A stretch of DNA of 64,000 bases from Octopus vulgaris (Eukaryota). Within the stretch, counting starts at the first letter, position 1. Each line of letters starts with the position of its first letter. A program made the position numbers and the translations under genes. Below are positions 39,955-53,191 of this stretch, piece by piece. Location: contig OX597838.1 of the NCBI GenBank assembly GCA_951406725.2, forward strand, positions 25,234,001-25,298,000, in the 5' to 3' direction. The notes beneath the pieces are model-generated. The model did not search any database. It was given only the letters and a program-made list of their open reading frames with translations, and had not been told where the DNA came from.

Positions 39955-40112
39955 CTGGTTTTAGCTATTAACACTAGAATTAAATAGAATAAACCGGATT
40001 GAAACCGATAAGAAATAGAAAATGTCCAACGTTAGTAATGATGGCGTCCAAAAGAGAGCTTTTTTTTTATAGTTTTCGCGCGTAAAAGCCGTGGAGAACT
40101 CTGGGAATTATT
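39955..40112 (-). promoter_or_regulatory. Probable Ran core promoter and non-coding first exon
   Basis: On the minus strand: TTCCCAGAGTTC (ZNF143-like), E2F-like TTTTCGCGCG (40074-40082 on +), TATAAAA, pyrimidine initiator CTCTCTTTT, CGCCAT (YY1-like), then donor CAG|GTATT at 39955/39954. Confidence 0.5.
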
Positions 40113-41417
40113 ATTTAAAATAGATCTTTCAAAGAAAATATAAATAATTTCAGTTTTGTTATTATTATTATTGCAACTATATTAATAATAGGGATAAAAG
40201 TAACAAGATATTTTTTTATTGTATGATAAATATATATTTATATTAACGGAGATAATTTTTTAAATTTCTGAGTACTATATGTACTTTACACGGATGAGGT
40301 TACTGGACGTGTACGAAGATTCACGAAGTATATATTACATATCAAATATTTTTTTAAAGTATTGAATAAACACAAATATAGCAATAAAAATAATCACCCA
40401 AAGAGATATTTCTAAAAATAATTGCCTCAAAGAGATTTTAATAAAAAGTGATTTTACATTATTACTCTCCTTATATTGAGACTCCGGTCAATGTCCGTTC
40501 ACAATAATTTGTCATTTCGTCTCCCTTAAATTTCCAGACAAAATTTCAACTACTACACGGAATTTATATTTAAGAAAAAAAAAATTTAATACAAAATCCA
40601 ATTTTTAAAAATAAGTGTAATTACTATGTTTTATAATTAAGCTCAACTTTACTACGTTCGAATTGTGCCATGGTCGCATTAGCCTTTATTAAATATTGCT
40701 GTTTTCGATAATAATAATAATACTTTCTACTATAGGCACAAGGCCTGAAATTTTGTAGGACGGGGGAAATCGATTATATCGACCCAGTGTTTAACTAGTA
40801 CCTATTTTGTCGGCTCTGAAAGGATGAAAGGCAAAATCGACCTCGGCGGAATTTGAACTCAGAACTTTAAAAAACCAGAAGAAACGCCGCTAAGAATTTT
40901 GTCCAGTAGCCTAACGCTTCTGCCAAATCGCCAAATAATTTACTACCAGTAATATATTGTTTCTCTGATTGTAATATAATTTTTTTAAATCTTGGACCTA
41001 GTAAATACTCAATGACGTCTTACTAAATCATATCTTTTCTTTTAATTATGGAAAATAACTTGTCCGATTCCCTTGCGCACGTAAATGAATACTTTTATTT
41101 AGAGAAAAAGGGTTGGGAGGAAACAAAACCCTGTTATGTGGTGAAGGGTGGGAGATAACTAGATTATTCCAAAACGGTTTCAGTTTCTGTCTACCAAATC
41201 CACTCACAAGGCTTTGATGACAACAGCAATGATTGTCAGCCATTTCTTGTTTCCAAGAATTTCAATTTCGTTTTCTTGTTAAAGGAAATAAGAGAAGAGG
41301 AAGAAATGATGTCACTGGTGTAGATTCATTTATGGGAGATTGCCCAAGGAATGAATCGGTTGCACTATGGTTTCAAGACCATCTTCTGGTGACAGTACAT
41401 GTAGAACAAGTAGAATC

Positions 41418-42780
41418 AGGTGATGAAATTGCGACACATTGTATCATGTCATAAAATTGTGGTGAATTGTATCAGATGATGAAATTGTGACAAATTTCAT
41501 CAGGTGACAAAATCGTGACAGATTGCAACAGGCAATAAAATTGCGACAGATTGTATCAGACAATGAAATTGCAACAGATTATATCAGGTGATGAAATTGC
41601 AACAGAATGTATCAGGCGATGAAAATGCGGTAGAATGTATCAGGCGATGAAATTGCACCAGAATGTATCAGGCGATGAAATTGCAACAGAATGTATCAGG
41701 CGATGAAAATGCGGTAGAATGTATCAGGCGATGAAATTGCACCAGAATGTATCAGGCGATGAAATTGCAACAGAATGTATCAGGTGATGAAATTGCGACA
41801 GAATGTATCAGGCGATGAAATTGCAGCAGAATGTATCAGGCGATGAAATTGCGACAGATTGTATCAGGCAATGAAATTGCAACAGAATGTATCAGGCGAT
41901 GAAAATGCGGTAGAATGTATCAGGCGATGAAATTGCACCAGAATGTATCAGGTGATGAAATTGCGGCAGAATGTATCAGGCGATGAAATTGTGACAGATT
42001 GTATCAGGTGATGAAATTGCAACAGATTGTATCAGGCGATGAAATTGCAGCAGAATGTATCAGGCAATGAAATTGCAACAGAATGTATCAGGCGATGAAA
42101 TTGCAACAGAATGTATCAGGCAATGAAATTGCAACAGAATGTATCAGGCGATGAAATTGCGGCAGAATGTATCAGGCGATGAAATTGCACCAGAATTGTA
42201 TCAGGCGATGAAATTGCAGCAGAATGTATCAGGCGATGAAATTGCAGCAGAATGTATCAGGCGATGAAATTGCGACAGATTGTATCAGGCGATGAAATTG
42301 CAACAGAATGTATCAGGCGATGAAATTGCGACAGATTGTATCAGGCGATGAAATTGCGACAGAATGTATCAGGCGATGAAATTGCAACAGAATGTATCAG
42401 GTGATGAAATTGCGGCAGAATGTATCAGGTGATGAAATTGCGACAGATTGTATCAGGCGATGAAATTGCAGCAGAATGTATCAGGCGATGAAATTGCAGC
42501 AGAATGTATCAGGCGATGAAATTGCGGCAGAATGTATCAGGCGATGAAATTGCAACAGAATGTATCAGGTGATGAAATTGCGGCAGAATGTATCAGGCGA
42601 TGAAATTGCAACAGAATGTATCAGGCGATGAAATTGCAACAGAATGTATCAGGTGATGGAATTGCGACAAATTGTTCAGGTGATGAAATTGCGACATTGT
42701 ATCAGCCAATGAAATTGAAACAGATTGTATCAGGTGATGAAATTGTGACAGACTGTATCAAGCGATAAAATTGCAACTGA
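41418..42780. repeat. 28-bp minisatellite, about 48 units
   Basis: Consensus gaaattgcRRcagaWtgtatcaggYgat, with degenerate edges. Confidence 0.95.
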
Positions 42781-43011
42781 CTCATAAACTCATTTGCTAT
42801 CTGAAGTGATAACTCATTAAGCCATCTTATCTGCCATTGCTCACCTCCATCTGTTCAAACGTTATTCAGGTCAACCATTGTTCCCATCATCATCTACTTG
42901 TTCTGCCATTGTTGTCATATTCCTCTGGCTCTGGTGTTGGAGTGAGATTGCTTCCGTTCAGTCTGGGTTCTCTTCTTAGGCCTTTTGTTACCAGCAGCGA
43001 TAGGAGAATTC

Positions 43012-44195
43012 TGAACTTTGCTCAGGCTATTCTTATTCTAGCAGCTACAGTCTCAGAGCATCCACCCCCACTACAGACTTGGTCACCTAGGTAGCAGAAG
43101 CTATAAACTACTTCTAGTTTTTTTCCCTGGCATGTGATGGAATCTGTTTGCTGTACATCTTCTAATTGTTTATTGAACCTGTGCATCAGCCACACACAAA
43201 GACTATCTTCCCGGTTAACCTTCCTTTGATGTTGCTGCATCTCTTATGTGTCCATAGTTTCTACCTACGACTTTTCTACAGATCAAGCAGGACCATTTAC
43301 CTGAAGGGGTTTGTGATTTCTCTGCCTTCCTACTTACTAGGACTATAGTTTTTGTTAGGTTGACTCTCAGATCTTCGATTCTAGACCTTGTTTCCACATC
43401 CTAAACGTCATCTCTAGTTCTGATAGTGACTCGGCTATTAGAGCAAAGTCATCAGCAGAGAGAAGCCCCCAGGGGCAGCCTGTCTTGAATCCCTCTGTTA
43501 TTTCCTGGAGGACTATGATAAGAGGAGGCTGAGGATTGATCTTTGGTGAACCCCTACTTCTACCCTGAATTCTGCACTATACTCATTGCCAACCCTCACC
43601 TTACTGACAGCATCCCTGCACAGGGCTTGTACAGCTCTTACCAATCACTCGTCTATCCCCAGTTTCTGCATTGACCTCCAGATAAGGGATCGGGGGACCT
43701 GTCAAAGGTTTTCTCCAAGTCAACAAAAGCCTAGTACAGAGGTTTATCTTTGGTTAGGTATTTCTCCTGCAGTTGCCTTACCAGAAATATAGCATCGGTG
43801 GTGCTTCTTACTGGCACAAAACCAAACTGCATCTCATCTAGGCTAACTCTCTCCCTAATTAGTTGGGGTATAACCCTCTCCATAACTTTCATCACCTGAT
43901 CCAATAATTTGATACACCTGTAGTTATTTCTATCTAAAGCTTCACCTTTACCTTGGTAGCAGTTGACTATGGTGCTGTCACACCAGTCATTATTTATGAC
44001 TCCTTCATGAACTACCAGATTTACAATGCGGGTGACTAGACCATAACCCACACTGCCCAATATTTTAAGCATCTCAGTTGTGATTCCTGATGGGCCAGGT
44101 GCTGTCCTTATCTTCATATCCTTTCTTGTTTTATCTACCAGCATACTGTCGATTTGGGTGGCTGGTCCCTCAATTGGATCACCCTTTGGCAGACT
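43012..44195 (-). mobile_element. RTE-clade LINE reverse-transcriptase fragment (frameshifted)
   Basis: APGPSG, NYRCIKLL, QFGFVPVRSTTDAIFLVRQLQEK, ADD-like catalytic region, LEVVYSFCYLGD. Same family as 10975-11990. Confidence 0.85.
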
Positions 44196-45739
44196 CTGCT
44201 GGACCACCACCTTTAGTTGAACAAATCGACCCCAGGACTTATTCTTTGTAAGCCTAGTACTTATTCTATCAGTCTCTTTTGCTGAACCGCTAGGTTACAG
44301 AGACGTAAACACATGGACACTGGTTGTCAAGCGATAGTGGGGGAGAAATACAGAGACAAGAATAATACACTCACACACACATGCTAACATATATATATAT
44401 ATAAGACAGGCTTCTTTCAGTTTCCGTCTACCAAATCCACTCACAAGGCTTTGGTCAGCCTGAGGCTATAGCAAAAGACATTTGCCCAAGTTGCCATGCA
44501 GTGGGACTGAATCCAGAACCATGTGTTTGGGAAGCAAGCTTCTTTATTTTATTAAATTTGCCATAAAGGCAATAAATAGAGTAAGGAAGCTTGCGGGCTA
44601 GACATGGACATTAATGAGATGAATGATAATGATACAAGGATGATAAGGATAGGAGAAGCGAAAAGTGCCCGCCAACTTTTGCTTCTCTAAAACATTGTTC
44701 TTTTTTTAAAAACACTGAATGAGGTATTAACCCTCTTACAATTTTATAAAAAGTTCATTACAAATAAAAATACATTTAATAAGGCGATAAACCTATTACA
44801 CACATAAGGCCTCAATCAACTTTCTTGCCCCCTGCAAGCATTCCTACAGCTGCAAGTTGGGGGCCCATAAACAGGATCAATATTCTTCCTTTGAGAAGGA
44901 GTTCATTATATCATAGAAGTTCCTTTCTTCTTGTACCAGAGCAGCCACCTGAAGAGGCCACTCTGGAAAGCCACACAGCCACTCCTGTGCCTGTTCTCAA
45001 AATATATTGGAAATGGATGATGCCACTTGAATGACAGACAGTGACACTTGTCTACAACCATCATACAATGTCTAGACAAGGAGACACAAACATAGAGGCA
45101 CTCACATGCACCCATATACACATACATACATACATATGTCATCATCATCATTTAATATCTGTTTTCCATGCTGGCATGGGTTGGACAGTTTGACAGAAGC
45201 TGGACAGGCTCTGTTTTAGCATGATTTCTATGGCTGCATGCCCTTCCTCGTGCCAACCACTTTACAGATTGTGCTGGGTGCTTTTTACACATCACTGGCA
45301 TAGGGGCACCTACAGGCATTGGCACAAGTGCATTTTATGTGACACCAACAGGAGTACACTTTAGATGGGACCAGCATGAGAGCAATCTACATGGCACCAC
45401 CACAAGTGCATTTTATATGGCGCAGGCACCTGCAAGGCAAAGACCTCTAGGCTGGAAGAGGGAGTGGGAACATGGCCACAAAGGACATGTCTGTATATAT
45501 GGGTGGCTGCGATTTTATATAGCTAGACATTTCTTCTCAAGTACATGAAATTGACACAAGTCTCCATCTCTTGTCATTTCTTCAGTGAGGCCCAGCATCT
45601 GAAGATCCTTTCTCATCACTTCATGCTACATCTTCCACAGGTTTCCCGAGATGCCTGGTGCCTTGCTGTACTCAAGAAGACCCGTACTAAGCAGCAGAAG
45701 TATTAAGATCAGTCCCTCTGGTGGTGAAAAGCGCTTGTG

Positions 45740-46030
45740 ACGTTGCCATGTAAAGACACTCATGGTGCTATGCAAAAGCACCCAAGTGGTGCCATGCAAA
45801 AGCACCCATGTGGTGCCATGTAAAGACACCCATGTAGTGCCATGAAAATGACACCCATGTGGTACCATGCAAAAGCACCCATGTGGTACTATGCAAAAGC
45901 ACCCATTTGATGCCATGCAAAAGCACCCATGTGGTGCTATGCAAAAGCACCCATGTGGTACCATGCAAAAGTGCCAATGCAGTACCACTTTAAAAGAGCC
46001 TGTGTGGTACCATGTAAAAGCACCTAGCAC
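45740..46030. repeat. 24-bp tandem array within an RTE 3'UTR copy
   Basis: gccatgcaaaagcacccatgtggt about 10 times. Confidence 0.85.
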
Positions 46031-46224
46031 ACTCTGTAAAATGGCTGGCATTAAGAAGGGCATCTAGCTATAGAAACCATTACCAAAGTAGAGTGAAGTC
46101 TGGTGCAACTCCCTAGCTTGCCAGCTCTGGTCAAACTGTCCAACCTATGCAAGCATGAACAATGGACATTACATGATGATGATGATATGTGTGTGTGTAG
46201 GCAATAATGCAAATAGTCAGGATT

Positions 46225-46267
<43 letters not shown>

Positions 46268-48799
46268 GTACATATAGATACATATAAAGATGGCAATGAA
46301 GAAGAAGACAGTGAGAAGTAAGTTCATAGACACAAGAAAGATGAATACCAGTTCGTAGTCAATCATATACTGTAGATGAAACACTGTATCAAGAAGTCGC
46401 AGCCATGATGCTGAGCCAATTACTGGTACATGTCGTACATGAAGTCATGGCTGTGATGCTGCTGCTTAGGTTACTTGATACAGGAGTTCGTACAGGTGCA
46501 GGAGTGGCTGTGTGGTAAGTAGCTTGCTTACCAACCACATGGTTCCGGGTTCAGTCCCACTGCGTGGCACTTTGGGCAAGTGTCTTCTACTATAGCCTCA
46601 GGCCAAACAAAGCTTTGTGAATGGATTTGATGAGCGGAAACTGAAAGAAGCCTGTCGTATATATGTATAATATATATATAGAGGAGGTACATGGTTACCC
46701 AACAATGTTAGCTGAAATTCACCAATACTACACCTAGTGTACCCTTGCCTTTTGTACTGTTTACTTCTCTTTCCTTTTAGTGTTTTTATTTTTCCTGTGT
46801 GGTATAATTTTAGCTATTATTGCTGTCTTTCTTTTCTTACAATATGGCTGCTTTCTGTCTCCTCTACTGTTCCTGATATGTCTCTGTTCTATGATCTGGA
46901 ACCCAACCTAGGCCTCCATGTCAACGGCGTTCACCACTGGAATAGGGAGTGGTTGGAGATCACAATGGTCATTAGCCTCAAATTGCCAGGCCTAGTCCGC
47001 GTTTGTGAGAGATGCAGCATTGAGGATGAATGAAGCCAGCTCAACCCACCCCGGGTGAATGCTGTCTCAAGACAAGAAAAAAGATATGCCTCTCCACACT
47101 CTGCTTGTTAACCCTTTAGCTCTTAAAACCAGCTGCATCCTGCCAAAATATACTACCCATTTTATGTTTCGTTCTGCCTACTCTACATGTACGTCTAGCT
47201 ATCATTGCTGTTTTTCTTTACTCGACTAATATGTCTGATTTCTGTCCTGTTCTTTACTCTTTATGATGAGTTGTAGCACACCCAAGCATTATATACAATG
47301 AGTTCATTATTGTAAGGTTTTATAAGTACAGTGAGAGCTTTCTTGCTTAATTAGAGATTTTATCATCATTAGCTTTCCATAGTTTCTCTATAGACATAAA
47401 TTAGCCAGAGGTACAGGAGTGGCTGTGTGGTAAGAAGCTTGCTTCTCAAACACATGGTTCTGGGTTCAGTCTCACTGCATGGCACTTTGGATAAAAGTCT
47501 TCCGCTATAGCCTTGAGCTGATCAAAGCTTTGTGAGTGGATTTGGTAGACAGAAACAAAAACAAAAGAGCCTGTTGTGTGTGTGTGTATGTGAGAGAGAG
47601 AATGTATGTATGAGTGTGTGTATGTGAGAGAGAGAATGTATGTATGAGTGTGTGGGTGTGTGTAAGAGAGAGAGAGAGAGAGAATGTATGTGTGAGTGTG
47701 TGTGTGTATGTATGTGTGAGTTTGTGTGTGTGTGTCTTTCTGTCTATGTTTGTCCCCTACCATCGCTTCACAACTGGTGTTGGTGTGTTTAGTCCCCATA
47801 ACTTAGCAGTTCAGCAAAAGATATCAATCAATTCATTTGACTAAGAAAGAAAAAATTCTTCAAGGCAATGCCCTAGCATTTCCACAGTCTCACAACTGAA
47901 ATGAGTAAAAGGTAAAAGATAAATGACAGAAATATGAATAAGAGCCACAGCCAGAATTGTTAAACTTCACCCAATTGGCTGGATTTATTTCAGATATAAA
48001 TTTGAGCTCCTAAAAATGAATCAATCCAGCAAAATCAGCTCATCTCCTTTTCATTGGCCAATGGCTGGACAATCACCAAGGCTCAGCAAATTCTCAGTGA
48101 ACTATTCTCTGAAGCCTAATGATAATTGTAAAATGACTAGCTTAAAAGCCGCACTCCATGCACACTTTTGAGCTAGCCCTGTGGCCCAAAACTAAAGAGA
48201 GCTAAATAGTATGGCTATAATACATCTATAATGACTATATGCCTTGGTGGTGTTTGATCAGAGGTTAAGGACGGATGAGAATTAATTCTGTAATGCAATC
48301 ATTCTATTGTTCCATTCCCAAGTTGAATTCCAACAGTTGGACATTTTATCCCAAAGTTCTTATCTCGACGCAAAATTAACGAAGCAAATGTCATTTATAT
48401 CCCGCTTGATCTCTGATGTCATCTGACAAACGCCAACCAAGATGACATGAATCAGCCAAGCTTTACCTGCTAGAAATAGCAACCCAAATGCTTTTAAATC
48501 AGATCCCAATGCTCGATGTTTAAGAACCAAATGAAGGGCAGAGTTTCAATCCTTGGATCATCCTGATTCCAAAATGGTATAATATGTCTTTATAGAGCAG
48601 ATGTAGATTGAGATACAGGAATCCCAGTTGGACAGACAGAATTTTGTTTTTATAATTATAGAAGCTCATTTTCTGAAATTTATCACAGCTGCCTTAATTA
48701 ACAGTTGGTTTAACAAAACCTGTATTATTTTAATCTGTACATGCATTCTTTTTCACTCTCTCTTTCTCTCATCCTTTCTGTCTGCATCTCTCTCTCTCT

Positions 48800-49340
48800 C
48801 TGCTCTGGACAACCAGCTTAGAGCACATTAGCATATGACTTCTGTCTTTCTCCTCTCTCCCTCTTTCTCTCTCTCTCTCTCTCACTCACTGCCTTGGGCA
48901 ACCAGCTTAGAGCACATTAGCATACAGCTTTTCTCTTTCTCCTTTCCTCTCTTTCCCCTTCTCTTTCACTGCCTTGGGCAACCAGCTTAGAACTCATTAG
49001 TATACAACCTCTCTCCTTTCCCCCTACTTTCTCTCTCTCTCTCTCTCTCTGCTCTGGACAACTAGCTTAGAGCACATTACCATAAAACTTCTCTCTTTCT
49101 CCCCTCCTCTCTTCTCTCTCCCCTCTCCTTTCTCCTCCTCCTCTCTCTCTCTCTCACACACTCACTGCTTTGGGCAATCAGCTTAGAGCATATTAGCATA
49201 CAACCTTCTCTTTCTCCCCTCCTTTCTCTCTATCTCTCTCTCACTGCCTTGGGCAACCTGCTTAGAGCATATTAGCATACAACCTTCTCTTTCTCTCTCT
49301 CTCAGCCTTGGGCAACCAGCTTACAGGACTTATTGGCAAA
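48800..49340. repeat. Array of 7 conserved ~40-bp cores separated by variable CT-rich spacers
   Basis: ctgccttgggcaaccagcttagagcacattagcataca cores near 48800, 48887, 48967, 49050, 49163, 49242 and 49303. Confidence 0.85.
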
Positions 49341-49409
49341 TAAACTCTCTCCTCCCCACCTCTCTCTCTTAACCCTTTGCCTGTCCAAAGCATTTTCATA
49401 AGTATGTTC

Positions 49410-50290
49410 TAAACATCCATGCTTATTTTCAGACTTTTTAGTTGGACCTTCGGCAGAGTCACCCTGTGCAGCAATACACTGCTCCCAGCATTCCTGCCAC
49501 TTTTGGAATCCAGCCTGGAAGTCGTTTTCTGGAAGCGAATTGAGGACCTTCTACGATTTGCTTTGGATCTTGACAACAGTGTTAAAATAGCAACCTTTGA
49601 GCCACATTTTCATCTTGGGGAAGAGATGGAAGTTTGCAGGTGCTAAATAGGGCAGGTATGGAAGTGATGCCATATTTTTGGCAAGAAAAACTCACAAGTG
49701 AAGAGAGCTTGGTGACAGGGTGTATTGTTGTCATGAAGAATCTAGTCCTTCATGATCCACAGATCCAGTTTCTTTTGTTGAATCCCCAACCTCAAATGCT
49801 TCAAAACATTGCAGAAGAAATCTTGATTAATAGGCACAGGAGTGGCTGTGTAGTAAGTAGCTTGCTTACCAACCACATGGTTCCGGGTTCAGTCCCACTG
49901 CGTGGCACTTTGGGCAAGTGTCTTCTACTATAGCCTTGGACCAACCAAAGCCTTATAAGTGGATTTGGTAGACAGAAACTGAAAGAAGCCCATTGTATAT
50001 GTGTGTGTGTATGTATATGTTTGTGTGTCTGTGTTTGTCCCCTCAACATCACTCGACAACCGATGCTGGTGTGTTTACGTCCCTGTCACTTAGCATTTCG
50101 GCAAGAGAGACCGATAGAATAAGTATTAGGCTTACAAAGAACAAGTCCTGGAGTCAATTTGTTTGACTAAAGGCGGTGCTCCAGCATGGCTGCAGTCAAA
50201 TGGCTGAAACAAATAAAAGAAAAAAAGAATAAAAGAATGGCCTGGCCCTGGGGGACAAATTCACGATGCACAATACCACATTTTGTGGTA
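49410..50290 (-). mobile_element. Mariner transposase C-terminal fragment split by a SINE
   Basis: GIVHREFVPQGQ near 50240-50280, then PYLPYLAPANFHLFPKMK (degenerate YSPDLAP motif) and FQKWQECWEQCIAAQGD. Confidence 0.75.
49831..50235 (+). mobile_element. SINE family A, full-length, inserted in a mariner remnant
   Basis: Complete head to (aaaag)n tail; mariner coding sequence resumes on both sides. Confidence 0.8.
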
Positions 50291-50689
50291 GGTCGTCCAG
50301 ATTACTCCTCCTAATTTCTTTGGATAGGCATATCCCTCACTTGTCTTTGCACTCGCTTCCTCTAATTTCCCTGGACAGGAATACCCCTCACTACACTGAT
50401 TAGTATAGAGAGCTGGCCTAAACTGACCTGACAGTGAATCAAAACTCATTTAATTCCAAGATTAGAACAAAAAATTATTTTATACGAAACTTCGCTAATA
50501 AATAGACAAATGTTGGAAAAAAAAACCCCCGTGATTTTAACCAACAGCATTCAATTATTAAACATTCATAATTGGAATGAATAAATAAAATTGAATATTA
50601 GGTATTTATGGAATTTTGATTTACTGTCGAGTGACTTTTGGCCAACCCTGTATATCTTGTACAAATTTCTTATCTACCTATCTTTCTCA

Positions 50690-51045
50690 CACCAAGACTG
50701 TATTATTTATTCCTCGTCTCAGTATCTGTCCAACTTTAGAATGGCCAGCATTCGTTTTCCCTCACTACGGACTACTACATAACCATTCTTTTCTCTCACC
50801 ATGGGCTACTATCTAACCATATTTTCTGATCATGGATTTACCTAAGGAATACCTGATTTAACTGGATTTAATTGGACCTCTCCTCTCTCTTGGACATAAC
50901 GAACCACAAAAACTCTCATTGATGAGGAACTTTCTTCCACCATCTAACCTACACCTCTTCAATGATGGTATACTCAAGTTATGGAGTCTTCACTCGACAC
51001 GATATCTCAATAGCTGGGATATCCCAGAAACAGGTGTCAGAGATT
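50690..51045 (+). mobile_element. Possible decayed Penelope-like 3' end with degenerate hammerhead
   Basis: ctct-tcaatga-tgg..long stem..cca-GAAAC-aggt-GTC-agag at 50955-51042. Confidence 0.35.
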
Positions 51046-51125
51046 ATTTTTTACCATTCATTATGTGTCTAAATTAAATTAAATGTCCTTGTCAAGCCTT
51101 ATGTCTGCCTTTCTTCATTATTTAA

Positions 51126-51164
<39 letters not shown>

Positions 51165-51619
51165 AATCCAAACGGGAAAACAGAAAAAACAACAACACGT
51201 GGAACAATTACAGTATTATTATTAATAGGCGCTCAGGAAAGATGGAAGCAGATATATATATATATATATATTGGATAATAAAATGAATGGTTTACACCTG
51301 GTAGCTTACTGGTAAAGCATGGTCATTTTCACAGTGATTTTTAGGTATATTCCAGCTTCTGTCTTTCATTTGGCGTGTGGTGGTAATAGCAGGAGTAAAC
51401 CACTTGAAATGAGAGAGGCAAATCGTAAAATATTGAGTTTTCTCGAATTTTTGCTTAATTGGGGGTCAAATTGAAAAAATTTGACATGCCATGACCCAAT
51501 CGAATCTACTTGGAAAAATCATAGGTAAATTCCAATTGAAGAAATTCTATATTGTAGAATTGTATTAAAAAGAAACATGGGAACAGGCAGAGAAAATCTG
51601 CCTTTTATCATAAGAGATA

Positions 51620-51823
51620 TATGTCTTTTATTGATGAACAGAAACCAGAGAGTACTGACTGATCGAATTTGGGTAGGCCAAGTCATCTGACACTATGTAC
51701 TTGTTTTAAAGAAGTTTTAATTGTTAATTCTTACCTGTATTTACCTGATGAAAGCAGGTTATTTTTTTTTATTTTTTTATTTTTGCATGATGTGACACTT
51801 CTGTTCATCAATGAAAAAACATA
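51620..51823. mobile_element. Small MITE-like element with ~25-bp imperfect TIRs
   Basis: tatgtcttttattgatgaacagaa..ttctgttcatcaatgaaaaaacata. Confidence 0.45.
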
Positions 51824-52134
51824 CCTGAATCAGCTAAAGTGGGCCACAATTCATCTGTTGTTATTATTTATTTTTCACCTAAATCAGAACCTGCAATTCG
51901 TTTGGATCTGGAGTCTATAAACAGCAGTGCAATAGGTGCAGTGAATGTACCCATGTGTGACCTTGATGACTCGTGTATTCAGTCAGCCATTTGTGAATGC
52001 ATACATAACCAGAGTACAAATACATGTGTACTTTAGTGAGTATGTATTTGTTGTTATACATTGTTCGTACACAATAGCACTATCACCACCCCAACTTTGG
52101 TGCTTTCACTATTTAAATGCCTGATTCTCTCAAA

Positions 52135-52430
52135 TCCTTGGGCCTCACAGAGACAAAGTAGCTGAGTTCTTTTTGAGTGCTGGGCCTCATGAAGGCAAGG
52201 TGGCTGAGTTCCTTTCGAGCATTGGGCCGCATGGAGGCAAGGTGGCTGAGTTCCTTTCAAGTGCTGGGCTTCGTGGAGGCAAGGTGGCAGAGGTCCTTTC
52301 GAGTGCTGGGCCTCATGAAGGCAAAGTGGCAGAGGTCCTTTTGAGCATTGGGCCACATGGAGGCAAAGTGGCTGAGTTCCTTTGAGTGCTGGGCCTCATA
52401 GAGGCAAAGTGGCAGAGGTCCTTTCGAGTG
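52135..52430. repeat. 42-bp tandem array at the 5' side of an RTE 3'UTR copy
   Basis: gagtgctgggcctcatgaaggcaaggtggctgagttcctttc about 7 times. Confidence 0.85.
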
Positions 52431-52744
52431 TTAGACCACACAGACGGAAGGTGGCTGATGCAAGGCAATGATCGAGACCTTTAGCATCATGTTGTGCTTG
52501 AGAAGAAAACACATCAAGCTGAGCAAAAATCGCAAAATTGGTACCCATGCTGGTGGCATGTAAATACACCCCATAAAAGCACACACTACACTCTCAGAGT
52601 TGTTGGTGCTAGGAAGGGCATCCAGCTGTAGAAAACCATGCCAAATCAGACTGGAGTCTGGTGCAGCCTTCCAGTGTGCCAGCCCAGTCAAACTGTCCAA
52701 CCCATGCCAGCATGGACAACAGATGTTAAATGATGATAATGATG

Positions 52745-52805
<61 letters not shown>

Positions 52806-53105
52806 ATCACATGACTGACCAGACTATCAGATGTTGCTACACATCACTGGTCACAATGCACTTCGCATTGTTTTAGCCTTCAAATGATGCCACCCCGCTG
52901 GCTAAGCGTGCAGGCCGACAGAAGAAAGAGTGAGAGAAAGTTGCAGCAAAAGAGTACAGAAGGGATTGCCACCACCCCCTGCCAGAGCCTTATGGAGCTT
53001 TAGGTGTTTTCCCTCAATAAACACTCACTACACCCGGTCTGGGAATCCAAACTGCGATCCTACGACCTCGAGTCCGCTGCCCTAACCACTGGGCCATTGC
53101 TCCTC

Positions 53106-53191
<86 letters not shown>

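Noticed and set aside
41418-42780. CRISPR-like array
   Set aside because: Units are contiguous 28-mers with no unique spacers, the context is eukaryotic, and no cas genes are present.
44940-44975. CTGAAGA..GAAA motif
   Set aside because: No stem II or stem III pairing and no NUH site; it abuts a SINE head.
45626-46067. Repetitive ORFs (HGTTWVLL / MQKHPCGT), and the 14-aa repeat ORFs at 52054-52385
   Set aside because: They are translations of 24-bp and 42-bp tandem arrays inside RTE 3'UTR copies.
48800-49340. CRISPR-like repeat/spacer array
   Set aside because: Spacers are low-complexity CT tracts related to each other and of very uneven length.
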